DNA of 60,786 bases from a virus (taxonomy: Duplodnaviria; Caudoviricetes), in the IMG/VR virus record IMGVR_UViG_3300034062_002901, positions 1 through 60,786 of that record. One strand, given 5' to 3'. The position numbers and the translations under genes are program-made. The notes beneath the pieces are model-generated. The model was not told the origin of the DNA. It did no database searches and worked only from the letters and a program-made list of their open reading frames with translations. Positions within the stretch are counted from its first letter, which is position 1. Every line of letters starts with the position of its first letter. Shown here piece after piece: positions 54,432 through 60,786 of the stretch.

Positions 54432-55964
54432 ATGACTGATATCACCAGGTTCAAGGCTATCTTTACCGGCTTGGACATTGCCTATGGAACATACAAAATT
54501 GAATCATCTCGAGGAGACGGGAAGCAGGCAGGCAAGGCCGTTGTGGTGCGCAAGCCACCGATTGACGACTTGTGGACCAAACACCTTGAAGGCGTTGAAC
54601 CGAGTCTGGGCATTATCCCGATCCGGGCGGATAACTCCTGTATCTGGGGCTGTATTGACATTGACCAGTATCCACTGGACCACGCAGGGCTGATCAAGAA
54701 GGTTCGCAGCTTAGAGCTGCCGATGGTGGTGTGCCGCAGCAAGTCCGGTGGCGCCCACGTTTTTCTCTTCACCAAGGAGCCGATCCCTGCTGCGGAGATG
54801 CAGCGCTTCCTTAAGTCCTGTGCGGCCCTGCTGGGCGAGGCAGGTCGAGAGATATTCCCAAAGCAGTCCCAAATTTTGGTGGACCGTGGCGACACGGGCA
54901 ACTTCCTGAACCTGCCGTACTTTGGCGGGGATCAGACGATGCGCTATGCCATCAACGACGACGGCAGCGCCGCAACCCTTGAAGAGTTTTACGAGCTGTA
55001 CGAGCAGTGGGTACAGCCCGCAGAACTTAAGTTCCCTGAAGAGGCCAAGGAGCCTGCTCATCCGATCAAGGATGGCCCTCCGTGCCTGCAAGCGCTGTGT
55101 TCACAGGGCGTGCCTGAAGGCACCCGCAACAATGCGTTGTTCAACATTGGCATCTACCTCAAAAAGGTCATCCCTGTGCACTGGGATGACGCCATGGTTG
55201 AGCACAACCTCAAGTACGTTTCTCCACCGCTGCCCAACAACGAGGTCCAAGTTTTGGTTAAGCAGCTGCACAAGAAAGAGTACCGCTACAAGTGCAAGGA
55301 TTCCCCGCTCAACAGCTTTTGCAACAGCGGCCTTTGCAGGACACGCAAATACGGGATCGGGGGCAACGGGCCGGATGCGCCACAGATGTCCTCCTTGTCT
55401 AAGTACAACTCTGAGCCACCGCTGTGGTTCTTAGACATCAACGGCAAGCGCGTTGAGCTGGACACCGAAAGCCTGTTTACTCAAGCGGCGTTTCAAAAGG
55501 CCTGTGTTGAAAAGATCAACCTGTTGCCACCCACACTGCGCAAGCAGGACTGGGAGCTGATGCTCAACGCGCTGCTTAAAGAAATGGTCGAGACGGAGCA
55601 GATTACAGAAGCCAGCGAAGACACCAGCATCACGGGCCGCTTCAACGACTTGTTGGAAGAGTTTTGCACGCACTTGCAGCAAGCGATTGACCGCGAAGAA
55701 ATCCTCATGGGCCGCCCATGGACAGACGAGAACGAGGCACGCACTTACTTCCGCATGAAAGACCTTGAAGCGCACTTGGTGCGCAACAACTTCAAGGGCA
55801 TGACCGCGCCCAAGATGGCCCAACGCCTGCGAGACTTGGGCGGCGAGCCGATCAGCCTGTTCCTCAAGAACCGCGCTGCGCGGTGCTGGCGCATTCCAGG
55901 CTTTGGCCGCCAAGACGCGCCATTTGACACCCCCGAGCAACGCCAAACCCGGAGCCCTTTCTGA
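54432..55964 (+). CDS. AEP-type primase with PriCT-like domain
   Basis: WGCIDID, RSKSGGAH, GPPCL and EG.RNN.LF motifs. Confidence 0.8.
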   Translation: MTDITRFKAIFTGLDIAYGTYKIESSRGDGKQAGKAVVVRKPPIDDLWTKHLEGVEPSLGIIPIRADNSCIWGCIDIDQYPLDHAGLIKKVRSLELPMVVCRSKSGGAHVFLFTKEPIPAAEMQRFLKSCAALLGEAGREIFPKQSQILVDRGDTGNFLNLPYFGGDQTMRYAINDDGSAATLEEFYELYEQWVQPAELKFPEEAKEPAHPIKDGPPCLQALCSQGVPEGTRNNALFNIGIYLKKVIPVHWDDAMVEHNLKYVSPPLPNNEVQVLVKQLHKKEYRYKCKDSPLNSFCNSGLCRTRKYGIGGNGPDAPQMSSLSKYNSEPPLWFLDINGKRVELDTESLFTQAAFQKACVEKINLLPPTLRKQDWELMLNALLKEMVETEQITEASEDTSITGRFNDLLEEFCTHLQQAIDREEILMGRPWTDENEARTYFRMKDLEAHLVRNNFKGMTAPKMAQRLRDLGGEPISLFLKNRAARCWRIPGFGRQDAPFDTPEQRQTRSPF

Positions 55965-56215
55965 TGCTAAAAATTGACGGACATGACGACGCGATCATTG
56001 GGCCCGCATGCATATGGCGCAACAACACCCAGGTGAACGTGCTGGTCTACGACGGTGAGGTTATGCGAGAACGCCTTATGAACGACGGCATGAGCAGCGA
56101 GGAAGCGCGCGAGTACATTGAATTTAACGTAGAGGGCGCGTATGTGGGAGTGCACACCCCCGTCATCGTCTGGCCAGAAGACCTGTGGGACGAGTTGGAA
56201 GGGGACGAAGAATGA
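55964..56215 (+). CDS. Hypothetical protein
   Basis: DG.D.AIIG...EA.EY.EFN..GAYVG..TP pattern; coupled. Confidence 0.75.
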   Translation: MLKIDGHDDAIIGPACIWRNNTQVNVLVYDGEVMRERLMNDGMSSEEAREYIEFNVEGAYVGVHTPVIVWPEDLWDELEGDEE

Positions 56216-57711
56216 ACATCACCAAAGTTTTCGGCCCACCCGGCTCTGGCAAGACGACGTTCCTATTGAGCATTGTTGAGCAAGAGCTGGCAGGCGGCGT
56301 GCACCCGACCAAGGTCGGCTACTTTGCTTTCACTAAGAAAGCCGCCACTGAGGCGCGCGATCGGGCTATCCAAAAGTTTCCGAACCTGAACCCTGACACG
56401 GACTTTCCGTTTTTTCGCACAATGCACAGCCTGGCCTACCGCTGCTTGGGCATTAGCAACAAGGACATGATGTCCACGGAGAACTACCGCGAGTTTGCGC
56501 TAGAAGCGGGCATTGAGCTGGCCATTGAAACCGGTGACGAAGAGTTTGCGGTAAAGGCCGATAACCCAATCCTTAACGAAATCAACATTGCCCGCATTCG
56601 CGGCATTGACCTGCGCACCCACTACAACCGCTCAGAGATGCAAATCGAGTGGTATCACTTTGAGTACGTCGAGCGAGCCTACCGCCATTACAAGACGGCC
56701 CGTAACTTACTGGACTTTACCGACTTGCTAGAGCAGATTTTGCAAGCGCCTGATCGGTTGCCCACGCTGGAAGCCTTGATCATTGACGAGGCGCAAGACT
56801 TGTCACGTTTGCAGTGGAGGCTGGTCGAACAACTCGCGTTGCGAGCCCAGCGTTGCTTTTTGGCGGGGGATGATGACCAGGCGGTTTACAACTGGGCAGG
56901 AGCGGACGTCGCCAGCTTTTTAGGTTTTTCAGGCACCGTCAAGGTCTTAGACCAGTCCTATAGAGTGCCGGCCAAGATTCACGCCTTGGCCAACTCGGTG
57001 GTAAACCGCATTCGCCAGCGTCAGCCTAAGGTCTGGAAGGCGCGAGAGGAAGAAGGCTCAATCAGTTATTACAACGATTTCCAGCAGGTGGACATCAGCA
57101 AGGGCAACTGGCTTATCTTGGCCAGCGCCAACTACATGCTCACCGACATGCACGATTGGATTAAGAGCCAAGGACTGTTGTTTGAGCGCCACGGCCAACG
57201 CAGCGTCAGCGAAACCACTTTGATTGCGGTGTTGGGCTGGGAAAAACTACGCAAAGGCGGCGAAGTGCCGTTTCACGTCGTTAAGATGGTTTACAAGTAT
57301 TTGGACAGCAGCATGGTCAAGCATGGCCACAAGATGCTGCGCACAGCCGACACCTCCGCCAGCTACACGCTCGATCTCCTGAAAGAAAAGCACGGACTTC
57401 TTTCATCAGAAATCTGGAGCAAGGCGCTGACCAAGATCAGCGAGGACCGCCGAGACTACTTGGTCTCGCTACTGCGCCGCAATACACGGCTCACGGGCCA
57501 CATTCCGATCAAGCTCTCCACGATCCACGGCGCCAAAGGTGGCGAGGCGGACAACGTCCTGCTGCTCTCGGACCTGTCCACGCGCTTTGCCAAGGACTAC
57601 GACAAGAACTCCGACGACATCAACCGACTGCTGTACGTAGGCATCACTCGGGCTAAACAAACACTGCACATCGTTCTTCCCAAGAACGAACAGAAAGGCT
57701 TTCGGTTATGA
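56212..57711 (+). CDS. UvrD/Rep-like SF1 helicase
   Basis: GPPGSGKT, IDEAQD, GDDDQA, QSYR, TIHGAKGGE and YVGITRAK motifs. Confidence 0.9.
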   Translation: MNITKVFGPPGSGKTTFLLSIVEQELAGGVHPTKVGYFAFTKKAATEARDRAIQKFPNLNPDTDFPFFRTMHSLAYRCLGISNKDMMSTENYREFALEAGIELAIETGDEEFAVKADNPILNEINIARIRGIDLRTHYNRSEMQIEWYHFEYVERAYRHYKTARNLLDFTDLLEQILQAPDRLPTLEALIIDEAQDLSRLQWRLVEQLALRAQRCFLAGDDDQAVYNWAGADVASFLGFSGTVKVLDQSYRVPAKIHALANSVVNRIRQRQPKVWKAREEEGSISYYNDFQQVDISKGNWLILASANYMLTDMHDWIKSQGLLFERHGQRSVSETTLIAVLGWEKLRKGGEVPFHVVKMVYKYLDSSMVKHGHKMLRTADTSASYTLDLLKEKHGLLSSEIWSKALTKISEDRRDYLVSLLRRNTRLTGHIPIKLSTIHGAKGGEADNVLLLSDLSTRFAKDYDKNSDDINRLLYVGITRAKQTLHIVLPKNEQKGFRL

Positions 57712-59585
57712 AGCGCGATATTAAAACGCTGTCCATGTTCCCCCGCATTTCCGAGTGGCTCCCGCCTCAGAATTTTCCCAACCTGAGTGAAGCCAAGGAG
57801 ATTGCAATTGACCTTGAAACCTGCGACCCGAACATGGAGAGCCTTGGCCCCGGTTGGCCTCGCAATGATGGTTTCATTGTGGGCTATGCCGTTGCCGTTG
57901 ATGGCTGGGCGGGTTACTTTCCTGTCGCTCACGCAGGCGGCGGAAATCTGGACAAGCGCATTGTGGAGCGCTGGGTCAAGGATGTTGTGGCCACGCCGGC
58001 CGACAAAGTCATGCACAACGCTGCCTATGATTTGGGATGGCTACGCGCCTCGGGCTTTGAGGTCAATGGCAACATCTACGACACCATGTTGGCTGCGCCC
58101 GTGTTAGACGAAAACCGCTACGCTTATAGCTTGAACGCTTTGGGTTTTGATTACCTCAAGGAAGTCAAGTCCGAGCAGGGCCTAAAAGAGTCGGCCTCCG
58201 ACTTTGGCGTGCACCCCAAGAAGGAGTTGTGGAAGCTGCCTGCCATGCACGTGGGGGAGTACGCCGAGCAGGATGCAGCGCTGACCCTAAAGTTGTGGCA
58301 CCACTTTCAAGCACTCATGCGCAACGAAGAGGTTGAGTCCATCTTTAAGCTTGAGACAGAGGTGCTGCCGGTGCTGGTCGACATCACTCTAAAGGGCATC
58401 AGCTTTGACCGTGTTAAGTGCGAGAAGCACATCATTGACATGCGCCGCAAAGAAGCCGAAATCCTGAAGTATCTAAAGAGCCAAGCCGGCATGCAGGTGG
58501 ACATCTGGGCCGCGCAGTCCATTGCCGCCGCGTTTGACCGTTTGGGCGTGCAGTACCCTAAGACAGCGGCCGGCGCGCCCAGTTTCACTAAGAGCTTCTT
58601 GGACACGCATGAGCACCCCATGGCTAAGATGATCTTGGAGGCTAGGGAGCTGAACAAGACCCACGGCACGTTCTTGGAGCCCTATCTGAAGCACAGCGCC
58701 AAGGACGGGCGCATTCACACGCACTTCAACCAGATGCGCAACGAGGAAGGCGGCACAGTAACCGGGCGTCTGTCTGCGTCCAACCCCAACCTCCAGCAAG
58801 TGCCCGCGCGCCACGAAATTATTGGCCCCATGGTGCGAGGCCTGTTCCTGCCAGAGGAAGGCCAGCTTTGGGCAGCTAACGATTTCTCCTCGCAGGAGCC
58901 GCGCTTATTGGTGCACTATGCCACACTGCTGGGATTGCCCGGCGCCGAGAAGATGGCGCAAGCCTACCGCGACAACCCCGACACGGACTTTCACCAAATG
59001 GTGGCTGACATGGCCGGAATTAAACGCAAGGCTGCCAAGACGATCGGCTTGGGCCTGATGTACGGCATGGGCAAAGCCAAGCTGGCCCACAGCCTGGACT
59101 TGCCCCTGGACGAGGCCAGCGAGCTGATCGCCACGTTTCACAGCAAAGTCCCCTTCCTCAAAGGAACAGTGGACGCGGTCATGAAGCGCATTGAGCACCC
59201 CGCCTCGGGCGGCTGCATCCGAACTCTGCTGGGCCGCAAGTGCCGGTTTCCGCTGTGGGAGCCTGTGGAGTGGGGCGTGAACAAGGCGCTGCCGCGCGAG
59301 CAGGCAGTCATTGCCTACGGCTCACGGATCAAGCGCGCGGGCACCTACAAGGGCCTAAACCGTTTGATCCAAGGCTCTGCCGCAGACCAGACCAAATCAG
59401 GCATGGTGGCCCTTTACAAGGCGGGCTTTAACCTGCTGTTGCAAGTACACGACGAGGTGGCCCTTTCCGTGCGCAACATTGAAGAGGCCCGCGAGGCCGC
59501 CGACATCATGGCCAAGGCAGTAACCCTAGAAGTGCCCTCCCGCGTGGACGTGGAGACTGGACGAAACTGGGGCTCTGCCGCATAA
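57708..59585 (+). CDS. polA: DNA polymerase family A with 3'-5' exonuclease domain
   Basis: DLET, HNA.YD, TGRLS...PNLQQ, DFSSQEPR, K...LGLMYG, IQGSAAD and QVHDE motifs. Confidence 0.95.
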   Translation: MKRDIKTLSMFPRISEWLPPQNFPNLSEAKEIAIDLETCDPNMESLGPGWPRNDGFIVGYAVAVDGWAGYFPVAHAGGGNLDKRIVERWVKDVVATPADKVMHNAAYDLGWLRASGFEVNGNIYDTMLAAPVLDENRYAYSLNALGFDYLKEVKSEQGLKESASDFGVHPKKELWKLPAMHVGEYAEQDAALTLKLWHHFQALMRNEEVESIFKLETEVLPVLVDITLKGISFDRVKCEKHIIDMRRKEAEILKYLKSQAGMQVDIWAAQSIAAAFDRLGVQYPKTAAGAPSFTKSFLDTHEHPMAKMILEARELNKTHGTFLEPYLKHSAKDGRIHTHFNQMRNEEGGTVTGRLSASNPNLQQVPARHEIIGPMVRGLFLPEEGQLWAANDFSSQEPRLLVHYATLLGLPGAEKMAQAYRDNPDTDFHQMVADMAGIKRKAAKTIGLGLMYGMGKAKLAHSLDLPLDEASELIATFHSKVPFLKGTVDAVMKRIEHPASGGCIRTLLGRKCRFPLWEPVEWGVNKALPREQAVIAYGSRIKRAGTYKGLNRLIQGSAADQTKSGMVALYKAGFNLLLQVHDEVALSVRNIEEAREAADIMAKAVTLEVPSRVDVETGRNWGSAA

Positions 59586-59701
59586 TTGAGCCGGGGTAAA
59601 TGCAGTTGCTCCGACTTTGTTAAGTGAAACTTCGGGCTGGGGGCTTGCCTCCAGCCCATTTTTTCCGATACACTAATAAGTCTAAAAGAAAGGAGAAATA
59701 C

Positions 59702-60112
59702 ATGGGTCGATTACCAAACGCACGAACACAGGTTGTTCCGGCTTATCCAGAGCCATACGTCCGTCAGCCAGCAAAGCTGGCGCAGCCTCGCGTTAAGAAA
59801 AAGCGGGGTCGTCCGCGCAAAAACGGGCGACCAAAAGAAGACACCTATGACTCGGTGCGCTCATCCCCCTCAAAACGTGCCGGCAAACGTTGGATCACCG
59901 TCTCCGTGCCTGAAGAAGCTTACCTCATGCTCAAGGAAGTTGCGGCGTTTTACAAAAGCGGCATGGGGGCGTTTATTCAATCCTTGGTTCAGACTGCGTT
60001 TGACAAGGCATACCAAGAGTCGCTCACCTTGCAGCGCATTGACAACACCCGTAAGAAAGCCAAAAATGAAATACAAGACCGAGATGACGTTCCCCGTCGA
60101 ACTCACTTTTGA
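59702..60112 (+). CDS. Basic DNA-binding protein with AT-hook-like KKRGRPRK
   Basis: AAAGGAG RBS; motif. Confidence 0.65.
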   Translation: MGRLPNARTQVVPAYPEPYVRQPAKLAQPRVKKKRGRPRKNGRPKEDTYDSVRSSPSKRAGKRWITVSVPEEAYLMLKEVAAFYKSGMGAFIQSLVQTAFDKAYQESLTLQRIDNTRKKAKNEIQDRDDVPRRTHF

Positions 60113-60305
60113 GGTGCTGCCTGCAATGGACGTAGAAGGCACCGAATTGCCTGCCCAGCTGGACATTACCAAGGTCTTGCTCACCATTGTCGGCCCGAGC
60201 GGAAAGCCCCGCCAAGTAGACATCACCAATACGCTCACCGAAGACCAAACCATGCTGTTTGAGGACGAGATTGTTGAGAACTACGATGAAGATAATCGGG
60301 TTTGA
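60066..60305 (+). CDS. Acidic hypothetical protein
   Basis: ATG 60066 after AGAAAG. Confidence 0.6.
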   Translation: MKYKTEMTFPVELTFEVLPAMDVEGTELPAQLDITKVLLTIVGPSGKPRQVDITNTLTEDQTMLFEDEIVENYDEDNRV

Positions 60306-60337
60306 ACGCCCGGCCGAAGGGCATCCATGGAGGGAAC

Positions 60338-60550
60338 ATGAAACTGATCGACGAACTTTTGAGACTGGCGCAGACAACGCAGCAAGAGAACCGGCCCTTG
60401 TTAAAGGCCGTGGCACAGAAACTTGAAGACCAACGCCGGTGGCGTGAAGCATGGTTAAATGCAGAGAGTAAAGTTGAGTTGTTGACAAGTGAATTGAAGG
60501 TGATAAAGTCAAAGCTTCAGCATAGAAAGAAGAAAGAAGACAATGATTAA
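60338..60550 (+). CDS. Small coiled-coil protein
   Basis: GGAGG RBS. Confidence 0.6.
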   Translation: MKLIDELLRLAQTTQQENRPLLKAVAQKLEDQRRWREAWLNAESKVELLTSELKVIKSKLQHRKKKEDND

Positions 60551-60580
60551 AAAGCCCGCTCAACGTGGGATTGAGGGGCC

Positions 60581-60786
60581 ATGAGAAAACGTAGCAAGTA
60601 CCGCCCTCGCACAGTCCTGCAAAGCCCCCTAAACTATGTGCTGTCAGGCCTCAAGCCTGTTCGCGAGCTGTCAGATGTCTACTTGGCCGTGCAGATCAGG
60701 AACAGGAACGCGTTGGATCAGGTTCGCAAGGGTTTGGCCCTGAGGGAAGACATCGACATGCTGATTGGGGCATTCAACATTACCGA
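60581..60786 (+). CDS. Hypothetical phage protein, 5' part (MRKRSKYRPR...), continuing across the circular junction to the stop at 407
   Basis: ATG at 60581 after GAGGGG; in frame with ORF 24..407 through the overlap. Confidence 0.8.
   Translation, partial: MRKRSKYRPRTVLQSPLNYVLSGLKPVRELSDVYLAVQIRNRNALDQVRKGLALREDIDMLIGAFNIT
60660..60786. repeat. Terminal overlap copy of 1-127
   Basis: Exact identity. Confidence 0.95.

Overview
The window is an apparently complete, circularly assembled genome of a tailed dsDNA phage. Bases 1-127 recur exactly at 60660-60786, so the unique length is about 60,659 bp. It looks podovirus-like: there is no tape measure or sheath gene, but there are tail tubular/nozzle-type genes and three large internal (ejection) protein genes. 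Modules in order: (i) a small-ORF accessory region with DUF3310 and a Mom-like DNA-modifying acetyltransferase (0.4-4.8 kb); (ii) an AT-rich origin-like gap (~5.0 kb); (iii) TerS and a resolvase-like nuclease; (iv) a GGCC-rich array of promoter-RBS-gene-terminator cassettes (6.5-10 kb), ending in a repeat/hairpin block with a 15/16 match to the bacterial parS centromere; (v) TerL, a 1496-aa modular protein with a PcfJ-like C-terminus, portal, GroES, scaffold, major capsid, adaptors, fibres, a 1534-aa repeat adhesin, holin/M15 endolysin, nozzle and ejection proteins (10.5-50.4 kb); (vi) a replication module (PD-(D/E)XK exonuclease, SNF2-like helicase, SSB-like protein, primase, UvrD-like helicase, family A polymerase). 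I saw no integrase, repressor, RNA polymerase, tRNA or CRISPR array. The most interesting signals are a recurring [M/F/Y]-x-x-G-G peptide motif shared by unrelated virion-module proteins, a host-type parS site with no phage ParB, two structured intergenic RNA candidates (one with three interlocked helices next to an RBS), and the modular early cassette array. All protein calls are by-eye motif recognition; no database search was run.
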